A stretch of 64,000 nt of DNA from Bugula neritina (taxonomy: Eukaryota; Animalia; Bryozoa), in contig OZ037771.1 of NCBI GenBank assembly GCA_964035545.1, forward strand, positions 4,785,628 through 4,849,627, given 5' to 3'. A program made the position numbers and the translations under genes. Below the pieces are notes generated by a model. That model saw nothing but the letters and a program-made list of their open reading frames with translations, was not told the DNA's origin and did not search any database. Within the stretch, counting starts at the first letter, position 1. Every line of letters begins with the position of its first letter. Shown here piece by piece: positions 24,080 to 39,000 of the stretch.

Positions 24080-27000
24080 ATGGTTGAGCCCTTAGGGGAA
24101 GTGCCGGGTCTCCTCCTCCACCAAGCATGTATTCATAACAACCACGAGTTGCTAGAGGACTTGATGGAAGGTCCTGAAAAGGATAACATCAATGCCATGG
24201 ATGCTGCCGGCAGGTCCGTGGTGTACAGCGCTGTCTCTAACAGAAGTTTCAACTGCTTGAAGGTTCTTCTTGAACATGGAGGTAAAAAATTCATTTTCAT
24301 TTCCCATACAGAAAGCACACTCATTGTTTTTGCTTTGAAATATTATTGTAAATAGTAATTGCTACTAGGTTTTTGTAACCGCTAACTTTACATGTTATAC
24401 TTTAAATAATACTTCATAGAATACTATATATATATAATATAGTATATATACATGTATAATGCTAATACTAAATACTATATAATATAATACTAAATACTAT
24501 ATATAATAATTTATGGAATACTATATATAAAATACTTTATTATGTAACTCTAGTATATTGTGTAAAATACTTGATTCAACATTAAAATATTATTTTCCAA
24601 GTGTTGAGTTTTTTAGAGCAGGGTGACCATTGTATATAACATTTCAATTTGGGCGACACTTGAAAGATTCTTTTGAATGGTACCTCAACATTATAAGCAA
24701 CCATTTCATCTTTTGTTTTGCAATCCTGTTAGAATGCCCTCATCAACATATTTCCTGCCTGTTAAGTCATGTAATAACTTCATTAGTTTGACAATTAAAC
24801 TTCAATTCAAGCCAACTTTAGAGGTTTTTTTCTAGCATGTATTCTAATACTTTTCTTCAAAGTGTTTATTTTAGCATTTAAGCATTTCAAAATACTTTTT
24901 TCTTCATATTAATTTGTATAGACTGTAGTCATTCAACATTGTATAACATTATGTAGATTATAGACCAAAGGCAACCAGCTATATAGAGAGTATATAACAT
25001 TGACTTAATTTTAAATCCTCATACAGGATCTAATTATTTAGAGGTCCAAATTTAACAACATTTGTGATTTCAAGCCTTCTCAATGTTGTGAGAGGTATTT
25101 TTAATTAGATGTACTTGCCAAGTTGAATTTGTGTGGGGGAAGCAATGCACAATTGTTAAAACACTATTGGTTACTATGACATGGTAAATACTTTATAAGC
25201 TCTTTTTATTATATTTTTTGTATGCCTTGTGGTTACTGTGCTTGTCCAGTTAATGGACTTGTCTTGAAATACAAGTCTGGTGAGAATATTTATGACTTTA
25301 AAATGGTCATGAGAAGGATATATTCACATGTTATTCAGTAATATATTAACTGAAGGGTAATGAGTATTGGTTTTGTATTGTAGCTGATCCAAATATTCCA
25401 TGTAGGAAATATAACAATCAGGTTAGTTTTCTAGTATTACTCTACAAGTGTTCTTTGTAATATATATAAACAATATCTGTGTGCACCACCACTCTGCTTT
25501 GTGATTTACGATGCTGTAGTTGTTTAATAATTGAAAAAACCTTGTTTTATTTATCACCATAATTTTTGGTTTGCTAAGTTAGGGTTCAACTTTGAGATTG
25601 TCTGTGTTTTAAATAACCATAAACCTAAATTCTCCATCACTGTGTTTCCAATGTTGAAATGACTGCTCGTTGAATGGCACATGATAGAACAAACTTCTCT
25701 CTGTATACTATTTAAATTTGTACCTTTTTTGGATAGACAACTCCAAATAAACTATCCATTTTTATCTCTCCTTACAAATTACACAACAGTTGTTGTCTCT
25801 ATATAAGTAGAAACACATGTGGCCAGAATTGATATAGTTTTAGTTATTGCTCTGTATTTGTTTTTAATTATTTGACTCTGCTTTGATTTTTGTTAAATTC
25901 ATTCATTAGAGAACTGCATATTTTTGTTGATATAACAAACCAATAAAATAATTGTAGTCTTACTGGTTAGAAACGATTGATTCGTGTTGTTACAGACTCC
26001 TCTACACCAAGCTGCATTGGATGGCAGACTTGACCTAATAAAGTTACTACTAGAACACTCGGCTGACTACAAGGTCAAGGACAATGATGATTTACTTCCT
26101 GTTGACTTTGCCCGTAAGCAAGGTCACCGGAGCTGTGCTAAACTGCTGATAGATACTCAGAACGAGGCTGAAGGTGTCCTAGCTAGAGGTCAGTTCTTGT
26201 GGCGATACTCCAGCATCTCTGAGTCTAGTCTGTGTTTAGAGTGTGTTTTTTCGAATTTATATAATATTAGAATACTTATACACTAATTTTACTACACATA
26301 GTAATTGTAATGAATAGAATATTTGTAGTAAATAGAATAATTAAAATAAATATACTAATTGTGATGAATATAGTATTTGTAATAAATAGAATAATTGTGA
26401 TAAATATAGTATTTGTAATTTGTAGAATATTTGGTAGTAAATATAATGATTGGCAACTTCAGAATATACCAGCATTATTCAGTACTAGGATTGCCGTGTT
26501 AAGCTTTAACAAAATTTCTCGCCCTCGTATAATATTCAGGTGTATATATGATGTATCGGCAGTTTTTTTCCTCTGTATTTGTGTATTGTGCAATGTTGTG
26601 ATGTCACTTGCATGATTGCGCTGCATCTCCTCACTGTATTTGAAGGCGTCAACTTGCGTCATCAGCCAGTATACAGAAAACCGGCGGAGAGGAAATATAA
26701 TTCCTTCTCTGTAGTGACGCAATTCCGTACGTGAAATACCATTGCTTTACCTACTCAGCTCTCATAGCATTGGGAATTTCTGTTTTTTGTTTGCCTCTTT
26801 TCCGCTGTGGTAGCATGACCCTACGCCATCTTATATAGTCAGCTAAGTTCCCAGTGATGCAGCATTCGGTCTTTTAATGATGCTAAATTTTCTATCGAGT
26901 TTTGCACAAGTCAAAGTCTACAAATACTTTTTAGCGGCTTTATTTTTCGTATTTACTCAGTTAGGCTTACAGCTTGTTTCTGCCCAAATCTTCAAGTCTT

Positions 27001-30000
27001 TGCTTGATTGCATGCACAGCTCAAAGCTCTCTTTAGGCGTTATTTTCTGTAGAAAGTGCCTGAATACCTAGCCACAACACTAAGACTATAGAAATGCTTT
27101 CCTCTCACTGTGATAAGTTGTGTGCTCCTGTTATGATACTTGAAGTTTCATTGCGTGACCTCATGGTCATGTAGATGAGTAAAAATCACTTTTTTCAAGA
27201 AAAATTCGCTGATTGTTTGGCTGAATGTTCACTCTTTAGAACTTCCAAAATTTTCAACTTAAGACATGTTTTTACAAAATCTTGTAGAGAGCTAAATTGT
27301 TTTAGTGTGCAACTCTTAAACAGCCTGTAGATGATAGTTGAAATATATATGAATATTCTAATACAGCATGATGTAGCTTGTCATGGATTATCTAACATAC
27401 TCCAATTCGTGAAGATCATATTTTCAATTGTGGTTACAGAACTTTAGTTGTTTTTGGAAAAGCTTTAGAATTTGCAGAAAGGTGTATCTTAGTTTTGGTT
27501 AGAATGCTGGAGGTGTATTGTAGACAATAATCGCGGTGTGTTATTAAATGAATATATATTTGTATACATCATCTTAATAGGCACACAGCACCACATAATC
27601 GTTTGATGTGTCACCAGTGCAGAGCTGTGCTACTATGTCTGATACACCATCACTTATTCAAATACTTTGTTGGCGCAAGTCATTGACAGGATGGTGGATG
27701 GATTTTCAATTTTTTTACATATATGTGTTGAACTTGTTAGTTATTGCCTTAGAAAATACTGGAAAAATACTAAAGGCAATCATCTCCATCTTTTATGATT
27801 AAAGAGCAAGGGAGCAGCCCGAGTCTAGGGGTTAAAGTGTTTGCCTAGTAAACACGAGGTCATGGGTTCAAACCCCAACAAAGGCCATTGGTGATGTTAG
27901 GAAGAGCATCCAGTCATAATTGCTCCTGTGCCCTCATCTGAAGAAGTCCTTAGCCGATTTAACAAAAACCCTTTCCATCAGGGGTTTCTCACAGGGAGAG
28001 TGACTATAAACTTGCGTGAGTTTTTCATTGGTAAAAGACTAGGAATGTTTACTTCTAGTCTGATCTACTATGAAGGACGTGTTTCGTATCTGTAGAGTTG
28101 AAAGACCAACTGGTGGATGTCGAAAATTGTGACCTCATTAAGTGTGACCGGCTGGTTTCATCTCTGAATATGCAGGAAGTTGCAGAAGTCAGCAACAGCA
28201 GCCTACCAGAGGATAAGCACACCACCATATTGTACAGGTAGTCCCAGCTATACCACCATATTGTACAGGTAGTCTTAGTTATACCACCATATTGTACAGG
28301 TAGTCTTAGTTATACTACCATATTGTACAGGTAGCCTCAGTTCTGGTGAATAACACCACCGCCTTCTTAGACTGCGATCTAGTATTACATATGATTGCTG
28401 ATTCATGGCGGCTACTGATTTAATTTCCTAAATTTGTCTAATGTCTCGTAGGACAGTTCTCTGATAAAAATGAGAGACCTGCTTTTACACTTTAAATTTT
28501 GCTATGAATATATACATATGAATATGTATATATTAGTAGCCAAAAGCATTCATGAATGCTTTCGATGTTTTACCATTTATTTTTTTTATATTATTCAAAC
28601 TTATAAAGTTTTTCTCTTATTTTAAAAAATAGCATTAGAGTTGCCTTACTAGTAGTATCTGTTTTGTAATGCCATGATACACTGTGAAGTCTTGTCTATG
28701 CGTGTGGCTGAAGAGAGTAGTAAGACTACTAGTAGTACAGTTGCTCATCTCACCATGTATTTCAGAGCGTGCATGGTAAACCGAGTAGACGTCGTGAAGT
28801 GGCTAATAGACCACGGAGCCACCGCCAGCTACGACGAGGTTTCCCTTCAGACACCTCTATATAGAGCTTCTCACGAAGGACACACTGAGGTGGTGAAGGT
28901 TCTGCTCAAGGTAAGATAACTCTAATGCTCTCGGTATGATTGCATCGAGTTGAATATAAAATTGCAGAAACCGTTTATGCATGACAAATAAATGGTAGTA
29001 GAATTTATTAAAGTATCAAACAATGCTACACTACAGATCTTTTTGATCATTTATTGTTTTGCTTTAATAAATATGGTGAGTTGGAATTTATTTTTGTGTA
29101 AGTAAAATATATTTACTAGTTGAGCTGGTGATTTATGTACTGTTACATTCATAACGTTCTACATAGTCTTGTATATACTTCAGATTTGGTGTTACCCTAT
29201 TCATATTCACTATAGAGCTGGGTGTTATCTCCACCGTATCCTATTATAATCACTCTGAGGTTTAGAGTTATCCTACTACCTTGCTCTACTCATGTACTTC
29301 AACAGTTAGCACTACCCTCACTTTAACCCACCTGTGTACCACATAGTATAATTCTAGTTTTTATTCCACTCATATTTGTTGCAGAATTTCCCTCACCTGA
29401 TAAAGGTGGTGACCAGCTCCACGGCCGGGAAGGTACACAACCTCCACTTGGCGTGCACAGGCAGTCTCGACCTGCTTAGACTCATCATGGAGTGGCGCTA
29501 CGAAGAAGCCCTCCTCGAGTATCACTACACGGCTGACAGGAAGTACTGCTACTGGTCTGCGTTTGATGTGAACGTAGCCAACTTCTCGCTGTGGAGTCCG
29601 CTGTACATGGCTACAGTGTATAATAAACCTGAGCATGTGCGGTATCTCCTCCAGTATGAAGTGATGGGTAGGTCTACTACTGAATGACCACTTCGTACCA
29701 CTATCTACAAAATTTAAAGTCTCTTTTTACTAATCACTTTGGGTTTAGGAAGAAAACTAAACCAAACTGATGTTGCTACTATTCTAGGTCAATCAATGGT
29801 CTAATTAGGTCAATCTTGATATATTGTTTTATTGATCTCAGGAATCTCGCATTATTCTCTTTTTGTTTAACTTTACTAAACCCATGCTGAACTTTTAGTT
29901 TCAATGTACAGCCCATTTATTCAGTATATGCATGTAAGTGGAATATGAACTCCACACACTATACATGACCATAGTATTACCACGCTCCTATTTATCTAGC

Positions 30001-33000
30001 TCACTTACCTGTGGTTACTACATTTCACAGGGTATCCGCTGTCCAGTGCATTCAGTGATCTCTCCGAGTCTGATATACCGCAGGCTCTCAATCAAATAGA
30101 AGACTACCAAGACCTCAATCAACAGCCTAAAATGATTCGGCCAGTTGACGTTGAGCAAATGGGTGTTGATTCACTCAGTCCTCTTCACTACGCTGTAAAA
30201 CAGTACGTTATGCTGTAACTTACACTTCACTACGCTGTAAAACAGTACGTTATGCTGTAACTTACACTTCACTACGCTGTAAACTAGTATGTTATGCTGT
30301 AACTTACACTTCACTATGCTGTAAAACAGTACGTTATACTGTGACTTACACTTCACTACGCTGTAAAACAGTACGTTATACTGTGACTTATACTTCACTA
30401 CGCTGTAAAACAGTACGTTCTACTGTGACTTACACTATGCTGTAAACCAGTATGTTACGCTGTAAAACCTTGTTACTAAGTTAAGTATAGAATATAATAA
30501 TACTTTGTGGCTGTATGCAGTGGGTGCCTGGAGGTTGCCAGATTATTGATAGAACACAAGGCAGATGTTAACAGAGTCTGTGAGCACCAGGAGAGGGGGA
30601 CATCCACCCTCCAGAAGTACACTCCTCTCAAGTTTGCTGTCAGACAAGGTAAACTACCTGTCTCTTCATTAATTGGATTTATGTCCCCTGCTCTGTGATT
30701 ATGATATCACACTTAGCCTCTCCACTAGTTGCTCTATTGTTAGTTGAAGTTGTCTACACTTTACACTGGATCAGTCAGCCAAAACATTCCTAGATTTCCT
30801 GCCTGGAAGTTTCAGCTTGCTTTCCATTATTTTCAAAATTAAATGAGATTCTCTGATGTTATATACTTTACTAAAAACATATATTAGTATTCGTGTTTGA
30901 TGCATTAAGTTTCTCAACTTTTAATTTAATCAAGTTTAGGCAACTATCAATCTGAAATTAGCTTGTTTTGGCGCTAATTAAAAAGAACCTTCACTCTACA
31001 CAAATGTTTTAGAACAGGGTGTCCAACCATTTCAGAACGAGGGCCACTGAAGGGGAATATTTGTGGTGAGGGCCACATGGGAAACTTTAGCTCGCTCTGG
31101 GGGCCACAGCATCAGCATTGTTTGAATTACTTTATTCCAAACTCCTTTGAATTATAGCACAATAAAGTTCTAATAGTTACTGCTGGCTGCATGTTTTGTA
31201 GCATGTGTATAATAATACATTTAAAAGGTAGTCTTTCACTCTAATTCATGTATACTTTGAAAAAATAATTTTAGTGTTATGCCTTTGAAGGCCACATAAA
31301 TTTAGGTTGGGGGCACATCTGGACCTGGGGTCGCCTGTTGGACAGCCCTGTTTTAGAGTGTCTTCTTAATGTCCTATAACAGAACTATCACAGTGACTAC
31401 ACACAGTTCAGTGTATATCCAAATCAAGTTTGCTGACAAAAACTGTGACACATACAGAGTTGACCTTTCTAGTTGAAATATACAAGTGCAAAACTTTTGT
31501 AATGTTATTATTTGCATTTAAACTTTCTTCTAAGCAGTATACAATGTTGAAAAATAATGAATGATAAACATAAATTATGCCAAACCAAGTTCATTTCTTG
31601 CAGTAAAAATAAACCAGTAATGTGATACAGATATTGTAAATTTCTCTGTTTAATGTAGTTTCTCTGTTCTGTTACTTGCTGCTAACAGGTTGTGATGGTG
31701 AGTTTATATACACAGCTGAAGTTGGTCTCTCTCATGTACCAGTGTTACACAGCTGGAGCTGGTGTGTGCTGATTGTAGGGGATGAGGACATGATTTCACT
31801 GCTGTTAAGGAGTGGAGCCAGGGATGAGAACAGCGAGTTACTTGGAACTTGTTTGCTGGAGAATAACACAGACATCGTCAAGTTTATGCTGAAGCACCAT
31901 GCACACATTGATACTCAACACAAGATACTGGTGCAGGGTGCTACATCTAGCAACTTCCACCCGATTCTTCGTCGTGGACCAAGTATATCGGTATGTCCAA
32001 TACCCAGCCTAGTAATTGTGCATATTGACTATGATTCTTGGTTAATATCACAGTTTAATATGATTGCTATAGGCCTATTGAAATTTATCATGTATTCGTT
32101 TCGTGTGGGTGCACCATGGTGAATATAAATGTGCACAATATAATAGATGCAAATTTTGAAGTCAATAAATTTGTAATGTACATTATTCTGTTAAATTTAT
32201 TTTTATATGTGAGTAATATATTGCACTATACAGAGTAGCCATGGTTTAGGGATTAAAGCACTGGCTTAGTAAACACAAGCTCATGGGTTTAAATCCCAGT
32301 AAAGGCCATTAGTGATGTTAGGAAGAGCCTCCAGTCATAATTGCTGCTATACCACAATAGAAAACCGGTCTTTAGCATGCATAAAACCCTAATTATCAGG
32401 GGTTCTCACAGGGATGACGACTATAAAGTCACATAAAATTTAGCCTAATCAACTTTGTAACAGTTGATATGTATATCTGTGTACATAATTCTCATATAAT
32501 GCTGCCGTAAACAGGAAGAGCACCCAGACGCTGCCTCCTTCACAGACTCCCCGGTGTCTATCAACTGGAGGAGTGTTAATTTACCAGGATCTATTGACGA
32601 GGACTGGATATATGAATGTAGTCATTTCATCAACCCTCATCTTCCACGGTAGGTTGTGTAGTTGGTAACTTGCTCTGCTAACATACCCTAATGTTTTCAG
32701 TTGATCATAATCCTGGTTCTAATGAGGCTTGTTTTCTAAAAAGAATACTAGTATTATCGCATAATTTATATTTGTAAAATATTTATCTCGGAAAAGAAGA
32801 AACTTTTGTTAGTAATAGTCTTCACACAAACCTTAAATTTCTACTGATTTAATGTGCTTTCTCAATCATAGAGATTCCCTTAGTACTGGGTGGGAGGAGA
32901 CGACTCCAAAATATAATATTTATTCAATGAAAAAATAATTTACAAACTGTGATAAAAACATACCTTCATTTTTATTTAAAGATAAACAAGGCAGAATATA

Positions 33001-36000
33001 TTGTCCTGTAAGGTTAAGCTGTACATAGCATTTATATATAACAGTAGTGTCCAGTTGTATAACTTTGTGTACAGGAAAATATAACAGATTCTACATGCAG
33101 GACGCTTCTCCAGCCAGTTGTAGTTTGTACTGTGTCTGCACCAACATCTATAGACTACTCTATTATGGTATTTTGTTTCCATACGTATATCATGCATTTT
33201 GTCTAGTAAATATTTCACACAGTGCCACAATACATGCATTTTGTTCTCTTGATTTCAGGACTGTTTCCGTGGAAACCATCACACAAGTTGATGTATCAGA
33301 CTCGAGCCTAGCCTCACTTCCTTCAATCTTATTCAGCCTCAAGCATCTTGTGTCTTTAAACGCTCAGTCTAACAAGTTGACTAATCTTCCCTCCAGTGAA
33401 ACCTGGAATCTGCCAAATCTGAAAGAGGTGAATAGTATTTTCATAGTTGCTCCTGTGACAAAAGCTTGTCTCCTTTTTAGTTATATATTTATAATGTTTT
33501 TGTTGAAGATAAAGCAACTTGAATGAAACCATTTAGAAAAAAAAAATGTTACAAACCAGTTGGTTTAGGATGCTAAAATTGTCTCAATGTAAAGTTTTGA
33601 AGAGTTGTTTTTAGTTTGGCTAAAGATGTATTCAATAGATCTGGAAGCTCATTAGTTAGAAAAATGTAATAATGTTAAATTAATTTACAGAAGATATTAG
33701 TTACCAGTAAGCTTGATTTTTGGACACTTGGCTTATTAAAATTCAGCAACAATATACAAGTTGTATTTCTGATGAATGTATGTATTTAAATAATGTTATG
33801 TGCTTTGTAATGCTTTCTGAGCTAAATATTATTACATTTTGGTAATACTCATATATTATAACTAATTATCAAATTGTCATGTTTTTTACTTTCACATATA
33901 AATGCCATATAAGAATCAGTAATTTATATTCTCATTATAACAAAATTACCTGCTCTTTTGCATGAGGAGTACAAGAAAAATGCTTTACATTCAAAACATT
34001 AGAATGTATTAGTAATCATACATATGGATGCTTGGTGTATTATAGTTAGTTGATATTAGTAAACACGGACCAAAATTACTGGTGTTTTTCTTTTGGAAGT
34101 AAAAAATGCTATGAATTCAGAAGATACTTCATCTGGACAATCTCTTTTGAAAACTTTTTGCATAAGTAACTTTATATTGCAATAAAGCTCCTGTCAGCCC
34201 TTATTGAGATTACAATGAAGGCATAAAATATGTTTTACAGCTCCTCCTAGATAAAAACAATTACCCTGGCATACCAGAAGGTGTGTTTCACTTGCCAGCT
34301 CTGGAGAAACTTTCCATGTCCCACAACCGGATCAAGTCGGTGCAGTTTTCTATTTACCTCTCTCCCAAGCTCTCTGACATCAACCTCTCCCACAATCAAA
34401 TTGACGAGGTTATTCATTCCCGTTCTCTCTCCACGATGACGGATGACACGGTGGACAGCTCTGCGGTAGATCTCCCGGTGGTGAGGAAATCAGCTCAGGA
34501 GGTGAGTTTTGAGTTTCCTGTACGGCCTCCCATCTAACTCAATATATCTTCATTTCTGTAATTTGATGTTGCATTCCTTGTTAAATAGATATTTGCTGTT
34601 ATTCTTACAAAAATTTATCCTGTCTTGTCTTATCAATTACCTGTTGACATTTCATTAATTCTATTCTACACGTCTTGCAGTGTATTAACATTATTATTGA
34701 TTACAGGACTATATCATTGTTGCCAAGCCAGAATTGACAGGGGACAGTTCTCCTGCTGTGAGGAACTCAAGTCCCACTAATATTCTCAAGTCAACAGTTG
34801 TCAATCACTGGTCTAATGTGGTACGCCTCATCTAGCTACTATACTATATCATGTGTGTAGGCCTGGATGTTATTGTACACAAGCTTATAGAATATAATAT
34901 TTGCTATATGTACTGTATGTGTGTATGAGCTTGGATAATGTCCCAAACTGAATGTTGTTGAGCATTTTAATAACACTTACTTGAGATTGTTTCAGCATGA
35001 TAAGTAACTGTGTTAATTGTGGCTACCTGTGCAGTACCACAGTTCTTTGGGTAAGAAAAGTAGCCGAGTTATTATGGTTTATTCAATAATGGGACATGTT
35101 TAATATAGTTGTCTAATATTTTTAGTTTATAATAATGTTTAAAAATAGTATAATTGGCATTTCGAGTTTGCAGGCCAAGTTTTTAGCTGATTTCATATTT
35201 TAGCTGGTGGTGGTGGACACATTCGACAACCCAGCCCAATCTGACGCTACTTTAACTTCTTTGAATCTTTCGTACAACAAGCTGAAACGTGTCCCGCAAG
35301 GTCTGCCCTGCTTAGCTCCTAGACTACAGAAACTGGATCTCTCAAACAACCAGATCTCGGAGATGGGTGAGTGTAATGGAGGCCTGTTACAAGGTGGCGA
35401 GTTACAGTGGCAACACTGCAGTGCTACTGTGTCTTATTTCTTGATGATGGCATCTCTCTTGTTTTTGTTGAGGATATGTTTTTATGTTGAAATAAACTAA
35501 ACTAAATATCTTAATTTTGTGGCCAAATTTTTATGATCTTCAAGTATGAGCCAGTTTGGCATCTTTCAGTTTAATTATTTACTTCATAAATATTTGCAGC
35601 ATTTATAAATATATTTTTATACCATAAATGTAATATTTAGATCGTAACTATAGTATTTATATAATAAATATGACAGTTATATTTTAAATGTAGCATTTAT
35701 ATAATAATTATAGTATTTATATAATAAATATAGGAAGTGGAGAGAGTGAGACTCACCACTACTACTAGCCAAAGCATTGTCAGAGTAAACACACACAAAG
35801 TTACTTTACTCATAATTACTAGCTTGTTGAAATCCTAGACTGTGTTCTATATTTCTTCTTGCTTTGATCTAGGTTCCCCTCTGTTTTTCCCGTATTCACT
35901 CAACTCTCTCAACCTGTCCCATAACAAGATTGATCGCATGGTACGAGACTACGATGAAATGGATGAACTCACCAAGGTGGCTGTTAAGAGTTGTTTCTCC

Positions 36001-39000
36001 TGCACAGAGCCAACTAGGAAGCACCACAAACGAACGTTAGTCTGTGTACCCACGCTGGTATAACTTCTCTTTTATTGTCTGCTAACTGGTCGTATTTGTT
36101 GACAATTGTTCAACACAGAGTTAGATATGTCATTGTAGCTTAAAAGTTCCCGAAATTGTATCTGGTTTTTTTGCATTTCTATACTGTGTTTTCCAATCTG
36201 GATGATTATTCAAAAACAGTCAAAATTGAATTAAATTACATTAATGTTTATAAAATATACTAATTGGATTTTACTGCCTGCAAAGCAATATTTTCAAGTT
36301 TTAGGCTAGTTTAATAAAATAGTTCGAAAAAAATTAATCATTATTTGAAATTTTTTTTCATCGTTTTATAGTGTTATAAAATATTTTCATTTGTCCAAAA
36401 TTTTGTTAGATGCAATTAATGCAATAAGTTATAACTTTAATTTCTCACTTGAGATGCTGCTATTACATAATCACAATAAATATAAATAGCAGTATTCAAT
36501 AATTTTATTGAGCCTAATACTATTCTTTTTCTTTTTTTTAATAAAAGTAAATAGTTGGTTACATTGGCCGGTTTTAGTTCCACTAAAATTTGATGAGATA
36601 TTAGCAGTTTTCTAATAATTCATCTGACCCAGTGACCTTGTATGTATTACAGAGGGAGCTCTGCTAGTAACATAGATGCCACTCCATCCCAAAGTAGAGC
36701 TTCCATTGGCAGCATGACATCTCTCTCCTCATTGGCTAATACTCAGCTGTGCAGTCACAAAGCTCTCAAGTTTGATTGTCTCACAATACTCAACCTTTCA
36801 TACAATCGACTCACAGAACTCAAGTTTGCTGTTTACAACGCCTCCGATATCGTTAGTAGATATAATAGCTCTTCTGTAATTTGCCCTTTATTTTGCTAAA
36901 TTAATGTTTCGCTTTTAAACTTGGTGTCTGTTTTTATATATTTGTGTAGAAATGCCTATAATTCATCTTTTGGAGGATATATAAGTTTGTTGTTGATATA
37001 ATTTAGCAGGCAATGTGACTAAACACTTTTTAGCACTTTAGAAAATACGGTCACTTTTATTTATGCTGTTTTTTGCTTTTGAGAATTTCAAAAAATTATC
37101 CTAATAACTTGAGAAAATACAAAATGTTTCCAGCTGCATGTGATGTCTGGGTGGCACATCCAGCAGGTAGTATTGAGTTGACACTTCACTGCTTGTGGTG
37201 TCTGAGTGACACGTACAGCAGGTAGTATTGAGTTGACACTTCACTGCATGTACTGTCTGAGTGACACATACAGCAGGTAGTATTGAGTTGACACTTCACT
37301 GTAATGTGGTGTCTGAGTGACACGTACAGCAGGTAGTGTTGAGTTGACACTTCACTGCATGTGTTGTCTGAGTGACACGTGCAGCAGGTAATCTTGTTGT
37401 AGGCTGATGTAGCAGATAACATTTCCGAGAGAAGTCGATCAACTTTGACCAGCGAATCAGTGGGACTTATCTTACCCCGTCTGGCTCACCTTGACCTCTC
37501 CCATAACAACATAGCCTTTGTTCCTTCCATCATCTCGGAACAGGCTGATCTCTCCCAGCTCAACCTTAGGTTCAATCTTGTCAGAGATGTGAGCATCCTA
37601 AGAGATTTCCCTGAATATACAATCTATATCACATCATTAAATTTAGAATTAAAGTGTTTTTGCTAAAGAATCATCAACACAGTTTACTTATATAGTATAG
37701 AAGTATCCATATATATATCTTAGCTATCATCTACAGACGGTGCGAAAGTTGTGTGTTCAAACAATTTTGTTTTACAATGAGTTGTCTGTTCATGCTAAGG
37801 ATGTTTCCTGTCAGCTGTAGAGTTTGTAGTACTATATAACTGATCATTGTTAACTTTGATTAGATATTACTATTAGCCACTGCAACACACTGCTTAATCA
37901 CTAAGCTGGCCTGGATGTTTAAATATAACTTCTTAAAACAATTTTAATTAATACTGTGTTTTGCGGTTGGTAGCTGCCTCCGGAAATGGGATTGTTAAAG
38001 AACCTGTGGAACATGGAGCTGAATGGATGTCCACTGGAAGGCTCTCTGGCTGAGATGGTTCAGAACAAGTCCAAGACATCCGATATCCTCGGTTTCCTTA
38101 AATCTGTACTCAACCAGTTAGTTTTATTGCAGGCTTCACTTTACATCATAAAGAGTTTTCGGTCAAGTAATAACTTCAAATATGTATGTGTTTTATTATG
38201 ATGTTAACATAAGGAATATGATGTGGCCATTGTTGGTCTGATTCAGTACAAAAAGTGCCATTTTATCGTTCGCAGAGCTAAACCATACGCGTCTATGAAG
38301 CTGATGATAGTTGGCCAGGCAAACATTGGAAAGACAACTCTACTAGCAGAATTGAGAAAGGAAGGAAGGTCCAGCAACCCCTTCAAACACTTCAACCAGA
38401 GAGTACATAACACCCCTGTGGCAGGAGAGAGCAGAAATGGTGAGTGAAATAATGCGTTCAATCATGATAGGGAGCATTTCAGTGCTGGTTTTAATATACA
38501 AATGTGCACCTTTTTTTAGCACAGTGTTAAGAGTATTAATATTTCTATTCAGCCTCCATTCCAGTGTTGTGAGTCATTCCGTTATTAACCTTGGCATATC
38601 AGCTTAGTCTTTGTTTTATTATTTTTTCATTCTCAATTACAGTTTCTTATTATATTATTGGAGATAAAAGCTTGAAAGAGAAAAATAATGTAGCTTTAAA
38701 TGTTCATTTATTGATAATTTGACAGAATGTTTCTTAATTCCGGTTATGAGCTGTCAGTTTAGATACAGAGCATAGCTGCATGACTTGAAAAGGTGTAAAT
38801 ATTTGTCAATTGTAAATATTCACCGAAACATTTGTGAACAACTTGTCGATAGGTGATACTGTATCTACGGTGGGCGTGGACATTGGAGATCTCACCTTGG
38901 ACAGGTCTGATAAGAAGGGTAAAGGAAAAGTTGTTTTCAAGACGTGGGATTTTGGAGGACAAGTGAGTACACGTGTGCAGTGATACTCTTGGTGTGAATA

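Noticed and set aside
26430-26760. GC-richer intronic patch with CRE/AP-1-like motifs (tgcgtca, tgacgca) as an internal promoter or transposon end
   Set aside because: No TIR, TSD or second copy was found, and short motifs alone are not evidence.
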